Shown piece after piece: positions 25,575 through 37,376 of a stretch of 64,000 bases of DNA. Origin of the DNA: Octopus sinensis. Taxonomy: Eukaryota. Made by a program: the position numbers and the translations under genes. The DNA is taken from the NCBI RefSeq assembly GCF_006345805.1, contig NC_043003.1, forward strand, positions 32,984,001 to 33,048,000. Direction: 5' to 3'. Each line of letters begins with the position of its first letter. Positions within the stretch are counted from its first letter, which is position 1. Under the pieces are notes generated by a model, which saw only the letters and a list, made by a program, of their open reading frames with translations, did not search any database and was not told where the DNA came from.

Positions 25575-25608
<34 letters not shown>

Positions 25609-25939
25609 ATATATATATCTTTTCAATGCATATACCACTCTTTATATCGCTGGTTATCTGATTACTAAAGCTATGATTAATCTAAACATTTTTCTTGTTC
25701 AGCCCTGACAGGAAATATCTGTTATGCTAACCAACAAAGACTAAAGCGCTATATCGCTATATTTTTCTATATAGGTTTTCCTTTATGTGTGTACTTCTAC
25801 ATCAACTGACCTCTTTGAACTCGTATTCATCTATGATGATGTTCTCTATTTTCTACACAATTCGCATTTTGCTTGGATTTTTGCTTTACATTCTAAATCA
25901 ACTTTCAACGAATGCTTTTTAACTCGTATGTCACACAGC

Positions 25940-26340
25940 ATAACAGCTTTACGACTTTGTCTTTCCTACCCCATCCCTCAGAGCAACCAGTGTTTCTTTG
26001 AAAGTTTCCACATTCTCTGTCTAAGCAAATTTCAAGATCTCCATTTAAGAATATCTGATCGGTCTAGCAAGAGTTGTCTGTGTAAGATCTCACATCAAAT
26101 ATATTTGTTCCAAAGATCACTCTTTCATACTCGACCTCCTTCGATCTTGAATAGAAAGAAAATTCTTCCAACATCACCTTTTACTGAAACGATCATCGTG
26201 GGCGATTTCAAAGCGTACAAGTTCTTTGTGGCTCGCCAACTCTCCTCCTTCTTCTTTATTCTGAATACGACCGCCATTGAAGCTGAAATCGTTGGAAAAT
26301 ATTAATGACTTTTCTCCACTATTCATACATCTTACCCAGA
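25940..26340 (+). mobile_element. LINE (CR1/Jockey-group) AP-endonuclease fragment
   Basis: ETIIVGDFKAY resembles the APE motif IILGDFNAH; heavily decayed. Confidence 0.5.
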
Positions 26341-27084
26341 CTCTTGATCGTGTCTACATCACATAGCGTCAGCAATCATCACATTATCGTACAAGCACAG
26401 ATGTGCACACATAAAGATACATTCTCACTCTGTATGAGACACACTCTCTCTGACTTAAATTATTGCAACACAAACGTTCTTGTACACACACACACACACT
26501 CACACACACACATATGAACGAATTTACATGTACACGAAGTACATTAGCTTGTCCACAAGTTCGGACAAATACATCTATTACTAAGTGCATACATAGCTTC
26601 ATCTCCCGCCTTTAGATAGAAATTTGCATAAATACATGCCTCCATAGATGCATGTAAGCATGTATATATGTTTGCAGGCATGAATATAGATAATCAGTGT
26701 CGAAACTTCCTTACATATTCTTTGCACAGCTTCGTTGTTAAAATCATCTTGAGATCCAATAGTGATCTATCTACTCAAAATATATTCTCTAGGATAAATC
26801 CAGCTTAAATACATAGGACAGTGAAGTATTATCTTTGGAGAGTATCTTGTTTGGAATTGTCGGCTATCTATCAAATCGTCCATCTTTCTGCCCGGTTGCC
26901 TTTCTCTCTTTTTCTTTGTCGTTCCGCTATACACACACCTAACCGCGTGCACACGGGTACACACGACCGCGCATACACACACATATCTGTCTGTCTGTTT
27001 GTATGTATACATACATGCATACATACACACATACATACATACATACATACATACACACACACACAGACACAGACACAAACATAT

Positions 27085-27127
<43 letters not shown>

Positions 27128-27429
27128 CGAAGCGTTATCGGGAAGTGGTGTTTAGCTATGAGCAGAATTTAAGCTAGTTGAAATATGTTTGTCACACATT
27201 TCAACTGCTAAAGGCAAATACACTGCAGTAAAAAGGTGTGAAAACACCCACTTCATTCAGTCCCACCGTCTGTTAGGAATCCCAGACATCAACGCTTTGA
27301 ATTTTTTGACTCTTGTCAATGAGATATACCTAACAAAAGCCAAATCTGAAAGAACGTAATAAAGCCGTAGCTTTATATATAATTCTGTAAACAGACTGAT
27401 TTGCGGTAGCCTAAAATCTGCTCGTATAT

Positions 27430-27560
27430 ATCACTTATATAAAATCTGTTCTGTCTGTCTGTCTATCTGTGTATCTTCCCGGATCTTGAGCATTCTCCAT
27501 CCGATTGCGCTCAGATTTGATTTGTAGATACCGACGAAGGTATGAGGGAGTGTGAAAGTC
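27430..27560 (+). mobile_element. Probable non-autonomous Helitron 5' end
   Basis: tcacttatataaaatctgttctgtctgtctgtctatctgtg...ccgattgcgctcagattt resembles Lep1/HINE-type 5' termini. Confidence 0.45.
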
Positions 27561-27903
27561 TTGAAAAACTTACAAAATTCAATTCCAGGTGAGAATGCGA
27601 TCGATAAAGCCATTTTTGTCCTGCTTTTCTTCCGTCAACCTGTACATAACTGCACCTTCCATATTTTGTTGTTTTTGTACTGCTTAAAGGCACGTTTCTT
27701 TCCTGCCAAGCTTACTGTTTAAACCGTGTTTGTGTTCTCCCAGTCAACTGCCTTATCATTACTGGTACTTTAAACTCTTTGGTTGCATATTTGTGTGAAT
27801 AAAATCGTTTTTCTTTGGAATAGAGAAAAAGTCTATCTTTATCTCTTCTTTTCCTGGGATCCCAAATTTAGGGTTAAATCAATGTTTCTCAAAGGGGAGG
27901 CGT

Positions 27904-27971
27904 ATGGGACGGTCGGACAAGTTGTTTCGAGAAAATTTGGTTTAAATGTTTGACATCTCAGCACCGTCCAT
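27904..27971 (-). ncRNA. Type I hammerhead-like motif with long stem I (first core box damaged)
   Basis: Minus: ggacggtg CTGAGAT ... ctc GAAAC aactt GTC cg accgtcc; ggacggt/accgtcc 7-bp stem I; ACAA-C-TTGT near-palindrome. Confidence 0.45.
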
Positions 27972-27998
27972 TGGACGGGGTACGTTTTGTTCGTGTAA

Positions 27999-28055
<57 letters not shown>

Positions 28056-28869
28056 TATACATATATATGCACAGGAATGCATACGTCTTTATATATACAT
28101 ACCTACATACTCGCACAAATACATATTTGTGTGTTTTGTATTTGTGTGGAAAATGCTGGAATAAATCATATTTACGTTCTACTTTCGATTCCCATCACCG
28201 TCTACTTTGCATTTCTTTCTCTGGCTATTGATAAAATGAGAATCAAACAAGTACTAGGCATCATATAAATGCTTCCTCCCTTCTGCTTGTCCAGTGTGTT
28301 GTATTCATGCTGGAAATCAATATTATGGTAAGTGAAGGCCGGCTAGTGAATTAACCATGTTATGATAGAAATGATAATGTAATTGTTTCAAATGCCATAA
28401 ATATTTCATAATTTCTCAGGCTTTGAGTTCGGATCCCATTGGTACATGTTCTGTTGATTCGATTTCATAAGAAGAGAAGTGGACAACAATCTTATCGAAT
28501 TTTAATTTCTTGTCTCCTGATATACAAATGAAGTACCAGTCATATAATTAAACCGATTGAATTAACTGGACTGAATTTACTCAACAACGCAGCTCCTACA
28601 AGGCTATAATTTGAAGTATGAAGGCTATTTCTGTGTACCGTGAACACACCAAGACCGCAGTCGATCTTGTTAGGAAGGTTCTTGTTAAAGTTTCAGAATC
28701 TTCCAGCGCTTCCTTCCTGAACTATCACGGATCTGTGAGCAGAACTCAGCAAAGAAATTCCTTCATAGCTGCTGCTTGATTTTTGTCCAAATCTACTATG
28801 CATCCCTATCTTATACCCTCGTTAAACTCCTTTTCATCTACTTCATCACATACACATAAACGTCAAGTA

Positions 28870-29270
28870 CAAAAGCAGTTCTGGTTGCCTCAAGCCAGCT
28901 AGTCCACTGACCCTGATAATGTCACGTTCATTACCCTCAGATAATGTGTCCTAGAACTAGCACCAGCCTCGCCAAATTCTTACATCCCTAATCCTGCAAG
29001 GATTTATTTCTATAGAGATATACCACTCCGGCCTTTTCCATGCTCAAGAATGGGACATTTTCTGACTCCATTAACTACTAATATGTCGTCTCATTTTCAC
29101 AAATCATCACCAAGGTAACGGAGACTGTTGTTAACAACCGTGTTCTCCAAAACGTTTGAACCTCCTCCTTTAATGACTACCATTACAGTTTCCATAGATC
29201 CAGTGCTGCTGGAGACCCTCGCTCTTATACCTCTGAACAATGGGATGTCTGCTTTAACATTTAGAAAAAA
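28870..29270 (+). mobile_element. LINE (CR1/Jockey-group) RT N-terminal fragment
   Basis: TDPDNVTFITLR*CVLELAP..., GTFSDSINY, KVTETVVNNRVL, resembling GPDxIP..LK.CAPEL / NYRPISL..KV.E. Confidence 0.6.
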
Positions 29271-30279
29271 ACTTTTTTGTTGCACCTAACTGCAAAACAT
29301 TCGACTGTTTATGGTCTGCAAATATAAGATCTCAATTCCGGTTATTTCTCGCCATTTCAGCATGAGCTACCCATGAAACAATTCGTGAAAGAAAATCTCA
29401 AAAGTGTTTTTGAACAAGATTGGGACGATTTGTTTCCTTTACCATCCCCAAAACATATTTTCTACAATTTATCAAGGTTTTTTTCACTCTCTCTCACACT
29501 CTTTATAATCTTCCCAATTTGTCGAGGTAAAGAAATAAGAAACTAATTATTAAAATAGAATCAAAAGGGAAACGTACGCCATTCATTGACTTTATGGTAT
29601 AATGCTGACGGCCCCCACAATAAATTTTAGACTATCAATACACAGAGCTTTTTCGGCTGCTTAGGATGAGGATTGAACTATTCTGTTTTACTGCCTTTAC
29701 AGGCTATCGAGGTCTGCTTCACTTTATTATCTTGTACAGAAGTATTCCTATTTTAATAAGTCGACTTCCACTGGTTTATCTCAATGCCTTAGGACGAAAA
29801 GAAAATCAAATCCTGGTGAACTGTAAAACAGCAAACATGGTCGGTTAGATTATTATCGCAATTTGCCGAATAAGCCCTCTCGATGCGAATCTTACAATGA
29901 GACTAAAATATATATGAATATGATACCTCGTATATATTTATTAAAATAAAAGCAGTTTTTGAGTTAGCACGCGTGACTGAAATGTTACTAAATTTGGTGA
30001 AGTGTCCTCTAGCTGTTAGTTTAGGATGTTCACTCTGAGGATTAGTCCTTAGAAATATTTTACATGTATGTTAGTAGAACTCTCCTACATTAAGTAAATT
30101 ATTTCTAATGGAACTGCAATTAATTCAGTTATGATGCATCGGGTTACTTTCGTCGGATACTGCAATAATTACCATACAATGCATTTTGTATATCGACTGA
30201 AACGTCAGCCTCCTGAATGAGAAATCATGTACAGCTTAAATTACAAAGAACACTAACGTCTATGTGTATATTAAATTTA

Positions 30280-31162
30280 CTAGCAGAAAAAACTTCCCCG
30301 GGCGGTTTTCTGCTAGCCGCCTCATAATATTTTCACATTGGATTCCCAATTCTAATAATTTTTATGATATTTTACGTCTGATTTTTTCTTTGTATAATAG
30401 TGTCCACTTGCTTAATTAATATTGCTTTAATTATTTCATCACAATCAATTTCTCTTTTGCTTTAAAGAAACATCAACGTAGTACAACTATGGAGAGGGAA
30501 GCAGTTTCTCAAATTTTACCTTCCGCTCAAAACAACATAGAGATTTCATTTCAGAATAGTATCTGTAAGCTTTACAGTATGAACAAACATTGTCAAAAAG
30601 ACTTACTGCATTATGTGGCTGTATAATAGACAGAACAGCCTGTTCTTGAAAATTGTCGAAACTGGCTTTCATTGCTAATCCTTTAACAGAATTCTTCCTA
30701 GTTTGAAAATTATTTCATCTGTACTCCTGCTGTAAATATTCAGTTTCATCTCTAAGTACAGTGTTTGTTGGCAGTGGTGTTTCTGTTTGTACCTCACTGA
30801 AGTTTGGAAGTATTCCCATTTGATACTGATTATCAATAAGCAGATGAACAGTTACAGGCAGTGAACGCTGACTCAGTGTCTTATTTTGAAGTAGAATAGC
30901 CTCCGCTCGAGATATCCTAACCAGTCGGTCATGTATAGCGGAAACAGAATCATCTCTACGTGTACATGTGCATTCAGGCATTTGTATCATTCGCCTTGCC
31001 CCGGTTTTATCTGATCCAGTCGCCTGTCTTTCTCTCTGCCGTCGTGCCTTTCTCAGTCGCATATTTTTTGGACGCACCTTGTTAAATTGCAAAATTCTAA
31101 TGTGATATTTGTGTAATAGTGAAATCAAACTTAGATTGTGTGAGTGTTTATATTAGAGAGAA

Positions 31163-31195
<33 letters not shown>

Positions 31196-31594
31196 TGTGA
31201 GAGACAGGGAAGGAGAGAGAGGAGGAGAGAGAATAAGGGGAAAGAGAATATTGCAAACAATGAATGAAATAAACATGAAATGAAAAAATCATATCAATAA
31301 AGCTTGTTAAAAACCGAATATTTAAATCTTGTATCGAATATTTAAATTTGTGAACTTGAAATATTCGATAATAAAAGGAAGTTCAAAAAGTAAATATTGC
31401 TGAAAACTTCACTTTATAAAAAATCTCACTTGCTTAGTATATATTTCTTTCAGTAATATATCGTAGTTGTAATATATCTCTAATTTAAACAAACTTCAAG
31501 GTAACCCAGCTACATGCTAGAGATACCAGCGATCACGTAGTTATCATGGTAAGGCTTATAGCGTTCCAAACAGCCATAACAACAAAATCACTTC

Positions 31595-31645
<51 letters not shown>
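30280..31645 (-). mobile_element. Internally deleted Helitron (~1.35 kb)
   Basis: Rep N-terminal Zn motif NVCSYCKAYRYYSEMKSLCCFERKVKFEKLLPSP; 3' end ctagcagaaaa..cccggg..ttttctgCTAG followed by T; 5'-like tatataattaagaagtgattttgttg near 31600. Confidence 0.7.
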
Positions 31646-31649
<4 letters not shown>

Positions 31650-31775
31650 GGTCAGTGGCCCAGCAACAAAATTTGCTAAGGGGGTGCAAACCCAGGTCCT
31701 AATTCTTTTATGAAAAATGTGGATTTTTTCCAATGTTAACATTAAAACAAATGCAGGTATGATAATAATTTTTAT

Positions 31776-32200
31776 TATGAGGGTTGGCTGAAATGTTCAT
31801 AATCTGAGTAAGACACTCTCAATGGAATGTGACCAAAGTAAGTTCATTTTTGAACATAGTTCCTCTTACTGTCCACACACTTCAATAAGTAGTTGCAGCG
31901 CTTGGGTCGCACTGGTGAAGAAGCTTTTCTGTCGATCAAAATGGTCATCAACAACAGATAAGAGGTTCTCATCATATTGATACTGGTGCTCAGTTGAGTA
32001 TTTTTCTATGTTGCTAAATAGATGATAACCAGAAGGAACCAAATTACTAACATAGGGAGGATGATCAACCAGTTCAAAGCCAGTCACACACAGCAGCCAT
32101 TGAAACCAAGGACTTGTGTGCTGAAGCATTGTCCTAATGAAACAAGACCCCCATTCATCAGTTTTCTGGGTGTTTGGTCTTGATAGACTTTCATAACTGC
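31776..32200 (-). mobile_element. mariner transposase C-terminal fragment with one TIR
   Basis: GVLFH*DNASAH, GFELVDHPPYVSNLVPSGYHLF (HPPYSPDLAPSDYHLF); end TA-tgagggttggctgaaa. Confidence 0.85.
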
Positions 32201-32589
32201 CTTAGGATATTGGTATTGAAATTTTCCATTGGTGGTGTGATCATTTTGAAGATAGCCAATAAACACAATATTTTTTGCATAGTATATATAATAATGTGAA
32301 GTATATTTTGCATATTAAAATGTTTAATTTTGGAAATGTATGAAGCAGAGCTAAAATAAGCAGTAAAAATACAAATTGCAAGTTTTTCAAACTGTGGGAC
32401 ACTACATGACAAAAACTAACAAAAACAGGAAGAAAATAATGGTGCTTGTGTTCCAAAGGTATAATGGGAAGGCTCAGGAGAAGGATAGAGAGATGGGGGT
32501 AGAGGGAAGGAAGTTAGAAGGAAAGAAAAGAATGAAAAGTGAAAAGATAAACTGGGGATCTGAAATGTGTACTAGGCAGGAAATTGGCC

Positions 32590-32775
32590 CCTGTGCCAGT
32601 GGCACGTAAAAACAGCACCCACAACACTCATGGAGTGGTTGGCGTTGGGAAGGGCATCCAGCTGTAGAAACACTGCCAAATCAGACTGGAGGTTGGTGCA
32701 GCCTCCTGGCTTCCCAGGTCCCATTCGAACCGTTCAACCTACTCCAGCATGGAAAATGGACATTAAACGATGATG
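32590..32775 (+). mobile_element. 3' end of (GAT)n-tailed retroelement (RTE-type tail)
   Basis: ggagtggttggcgttgggaagggcatccagctgtagaaac...agcatggaaaatggacattaaacgatgatg; homologous to 34646-34830. Confidence 0.7.
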
Positions 32776-33229
32776 TCTTACCTATACACTGGTCAAGTAG
32801 AAAAATGATGAGTGATAAAAACTTGGATTGTTTTTGGTACCAAAAATGTGAAGAAAGAGAGTAGAGAAGGTTAGGTAAGAGCAAGTAGGAAGAAAGAGAG
32901 AGTGCGGAGAAATAAGGGAATAAAGATAGATGGTAATTGACAGAGATGGACAGGAAGAAATGGAAGGCAGTAAAGAGAGAAAAGCAGCAGATAGGTTGAG
33001 AGGTAGATAAAGGGGAGAGGAGAATGACAGAGATATAGATAGAAATGAGAGAAAGTCTTGCACCAAATATTGAACACTATGTAGGGTACCACTGAATGGG
33101 AACAGAAGTGAGTGTGAGACATTACGTTGACTAACAGCCATAAAATGTTGCACAGAAAGTCAACACACACAGATATATAATGATGAAGGAAATTGTTGTG
33201 TACAGTGCTCAGGTGCACAACAACTAAAA

Positions 33230-34580
33230 GGAAAAAATATGGCCATCAGGTGTACTGTTGGCGGATTTCAGGACACATGGAAGCTGCATTGTATCCAGGT
33301 CTGATTGCAGGATAGGATCTGTTCTTTTTATTTCAAGGTACAGCTTGGTGTCAACTGCATATTTCAGCACTGAGACATTACTTAAATTGGCATCTATATC
33401 ATTAATATATGCAACTAACAGTAAGGGTCCAAGAACAGATCCCTGTGGTACACCAGAAGTAATATTGTAGGGTGAAGAATGATGTCCTAGAACTGTAACT
33501 ACATCTTTCCGGCCGAGAATGAAGGACTTCAACCAGTTATAGAGATCATCCTTCACACTCACTGCAGGAATTTTTACCATGAGTCGTTTGTGTTACAGAG
33601 TTGAAGGCTTTAGCAAAATCAGGATAGACAGTATCCACCCATGAGCCGCCATCAATAACTCAGGTTATATCCTCAAGAAACTCGACTACAGCAGCTGGAG
33701 TTGGGGATAAAACCAAATTGTGAGGGCTAAATAAGGCTGTGAGATCACCAAAAGTTCCAGAGTGTTTCCCTGATACAGGACTCCTTCAGTTTGGCGATGC
33801 AGCTAGTAAGGCTGACTGGACAGTAGTTGACAGGTGATGTGCGATCACCTGTTTTTAACAGGGGAATAACAATGGCAATTTTCCAGTGCTCTGAAGTGAC
33901 ACAGTTGTTAAGGCAGAATTTACAAAAGAAAGAAAACTGGTGCAATAGAAAGAACCCACCACATTTGAGAAGAAAATAAGTTACATCATCAAGACCAGGA
34001 GAGGCATAGTTGCGCTTATTCTTGAGGTGGTCTCACAGCATTGTGGGTGTGAATTTCACAGATGTTATGGAATTTGATGTCAGAGTTGGCGAAGAAGATA
34101 CATTGGGGTTATCAGCAGTAAAATGCCAGCATAGCATTCAGCAATAAGCTCAGTGCATTCCTTGGCGTCATCAGTCATCTGACCTGTATGGGAATCGTGA
34201 AAAGGGCCAGTTAGGGAGTGAGAACTCTATTTTGAACACAATGATTTTCAGAACACTTTGCTGTTAGGGCTAGTTGTAGTTCCTACACATCATTCAAACT
34301 CAAGTCCTGCCTTTTTCGTTGCCTGCTTGAGTCGGTTAGATGATCTGTTGCATCTTCTGCTCACATCTGTTCTATGCTGTGTGTATTTCTGTTCAGCATT
34401 ACAACGATCTTTCCTGGCAAGTCGAACTGCTGCAGTCTCCCAAATTACTTTGTTTTTATTTCTAGAGCGTTTGTACTGTAGTGATGCTTCACATGCTGTC
34501 CAGATTGCACTGAAGATATTTTGAAAAACAGTATTGATATCACCTGGATTGTAAAATTCAAACCACTTTAGGTGTATATA
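33230..34580 (-). mobile_element. CR1-clade LINE ORF2 fragment
   Basis: WKIAIVIPLLKTGDRTSPVNYCPVSLTS, PDFAKAFN, SGVPQGSVLGPLLLVAYIND, KYAVDTKL. Confidence 0.9.
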
Positions 34581-34645
34581 TATATGTTTCAGCTCACAAG
34601 CTGTGGCCATGCTGGGGCATATATATATATATAAATATATATAAC

Positions 34646-35229
34646 CATCATCATCATCATCGTCTTATGTCCGCTTTCCATGCTAACATGGATTGGACTG
34701 TTTGACTGAGGACTGGTGAACCAGAGGCTGCAACAGGTGCAATCTGATCTGGCAAAGTTTCTACAGTTGGATGCCCCTCTTAATGCCAACCACTCTGAGA
34801 GTGTAGTGAGTGCTTTTACCTGCCACCGGTACGAGGGCCAGTCAGGTGCTTCTGCCAACGACCACGCTCAAAAGGTGTTCTTACGTGCCACTAGAACATG
34901 TGCCAGTAAAGCGATGCTGGCAATGATCATGCTCGAATGGTACTTTTCACGTGTCACTGGCATGGGAGCAATCAGTGGCTCTGGCAATAATCACGCTCGG
35001 ATGTGCTTTTAACGTTCCACTGGCATGAGTGCCAGGTAGTACTGTCATCGGCCACATCAGCGATTTTGATTTGTTTACACTTGCCTCAATAGGTCTTCGC
35101 AAGCAAAATTCATTGTCCAATGAATGAAGGGTACCCATAAGTGGGCCGGTTACACTCCACGTTCGGATGTGCTTTTAATGATCCATTGAAATGAGTGCCC
35201 CTGAAGCGGTACTGTCATCGGCCACGTCA
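34646..35229 (-). mobile_element. (GAT)n-tailed retroelement with internal ~55-70-bp subrepeats
   Basis: Reverse complement of the 32590 family tail; repeated gtgcttttaNNtgccactggcatg..gccag units. Confidence 0.7.
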
Positions 35230-35249
35230 GGAATTTTGACATTGATTTC

Positions 35250-35530
35250 AATTAACCCGCAACTTTCCAGCAAGTCCTCGGAATTTTCCAGTAAGTCCCA
35301 TCCTAGGGACTTTCCAGAAATTCTCTCATCCCCAGAACTCCCCCAGGAAACCATCGGAATTTTCCAGGAAGTCTCATCCTCGGAACTTTCCATGAAATCT
35401 TCGGCATTTTACAGGAAGTTTCATCCTCGGAACTTTCCAGGAAGTTTTCATTCTCGGAACTGAAATCCTCGGAATATTACTGTCATCCTCGGAATTTCCA
35501 GGAAGATTTCGACCAATTTACCAGGAAGTC
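35250..35530. repeat. Minisatellite, ~25-30-bp unit catcctcggaactttccaggaagt
   Basis: About ten degenerate units read directly. Confidence 0.85.
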
Positions 35531-35534
35531 AGAT

Positions 35535-35930
35535 ACCGTTCAATGGACGTGTTTTGGCCTGTATATATCACTATAGTTCGACCCATCCTTGAATATTGCA
35601 TCCATACCTCAAACCCATATCTCCAGAAATACATTCAGCACCTAGAACGGGTTCAGCACTTGGTCATCCGAATGGGCGCGGGCTTGTCTAAGCTTGCGTA
35701 AGAGGAACATCTCCAACGGCTGGCGTTGCCTTCACTCAAACGACGGAGGATGCAGGAAAATCTCATCCGACTTTCAACATCTTCAAACGACATGTAAACC
35801 TACCATTTACGGATATTTTTACCCCTGCACCGGATAGAGGTCTTCGTAGTCATGATCGCAAACTCTATCCCCGACACTTTCGTTTCAACAGGCGGAAGAC
35901 TGCATTCTCTGTACGTGTCGCAGCCCCATG
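35535..35930 (+). mobile_element. CR1-clade LINE ORF2 C-terminal fragment
   Basis: YITIVRPILEYC, YLQKYIQHLERVQ, EEHLQRLALPSLKRRRMQENLI, HDRKLY..RRKTAFSVRV. Confidence 0.85.
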
Positions 35931-36044
35931 CATAATCCGTATCGCAGCCCTGTGAATAATCTGTATCACAGCCCCGTGAATAATCCAAGCGAATTCTTTG
36001 ATCCCACAATTCAAGTGCAGAGACACAACTTAAAATTAATATCA

Positions 36045-36445
36045 TGGAAGTCGATATCCTTGCTGCTTTTAATGATTTAGACCCAAACTCAGCATCTGTA
36101 CCAAATAGTATTCCAGTTATATTGATAAAAAAACGTGCAAAAACCAGCTCATGAAATCACTAAAGGTACTATTTCAAAAGTCGCCAGATACCGTCATATT
36201 CCCGGAACTATTGAAAGAAGCTATAATAAAACCTATATAGGTACAAAGGCGGTAGCAGTGCTGAAGCGAAAAATTACACACCTGTTTCCCTCACGCATTA
36301 CACATTTAAAATTATCCAATGCCTTGTCCGAAGACAAAAAGTAATAACGTACCTGGAGGAAAACAACTTGGATGACACTCGGTATAGGATTCGAACTGAA
36401 CGAAGTTGCCTGTCACAATTCTTACAGCATCCTAACACTATGATG
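36045..36445 (+). mobile_element. CR1-clade LINE RT N-terminal fragment
   Basis: DLDPNSASVPNSIPVILIKK, YLEENNL, RTERSCLSQFLQH. Confidence 0.7.
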
Positions 36446-36449
36446 AGGA

Positions 36450-37376
36450 AAAGATTCCTTCTGGCTTTGATCGCCGCCTCGATACTCTGCCGTGGTAGTT
36501 TGAAAGTAGTATCGATCATTATGCCGAGATCCGTTTCTACAGTGACCATCTTAAGATGTTGATGTTTGTGGCCAATAGTCAAGAGAGAGTTTGGAGTTGA
36601 ACCTATTGGCAAATGGCTGCATTTTGAGGCATTCAAGTTCAGATTCCATTCTTTCGCCCAATTCCAAGATCGGTTCAGCAGCGATTGGAGTATGTCGTAT
36701 TGATTCCTAGGTGAGACAAGTTTGACGTCATCTGCAAATAGGAGAACTCTTCCATCAAGAAAATCTTGCAGGTCGTTGATATAGAGAAGGAAAAGTATTG
36801 GCCCAACCACCACCCCTTGGGGAACGCCGTCGCATGCATTCGTCTCCGCGGAGAGATCTCCATTTATCTGCACCCAAAAGGTTCGATAGTTAAGGAAGGA
36901 AGAAATCCACAAAGTCACCAATGGATGAATCTTGAATGCTCGAAGTTTGCGCAAGAGAAGTCAGCGATTAACAGAGTCAAACGCCTTTGCCAAGTCCAAA
37001 AATACCACGCCCACCAAGTCTTTTTCATGCATGGTCCTTGTAATCCATTCTTCAAGAAGGAGAAAATTTGTTGGGTAAGATCTTCGGGGTAGAAATCCAT
37101 GCTGCGAGTCAGATATTTCTTTGTACCATATACAGATAATTGTATAATGCTTTGGTTGGAAATAGCTGTGGGAATGACGTGAACATTGTGAATAAAGACA
37201 AAGTCGAGTATATTATTTCCCCCTAATTGGACGGGTAATGATTTGTTGTATGGGAAAGTTTTTGTTGTATCGAGGAAAGTGTTCATATCCTTCCACTTCA
37301 GTTGCTTAGTTCCAGGCTGGATATAATCCTCGGACCAGCTAAGATTAGTAAAATTAACGACCCCTTTTAAAAGCAT
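36450..37376 (-). mobile_element. CR1-clade LINE fragment (endonuclease end joined to RT)
   Basis: ORF 36298-36954: DGVPQGVVVGPILFLLYINDL, LLFADDVKL, LNLNASKC; upstream NNILDFVF. Confidence 0.9.

Noticed and set aside
27545-27760. Possible exon on the minus strand ending at a GTAAGT donor (near 27570)
   Set aside because: No recognisable protein similarity or acceptor; adjacent to Helitron-like sequence
35250-35530. Repeat array as CRISPR
   Set aside because: Degenerate contiguous units without unique spacers, eukaryotic context, no cas genes
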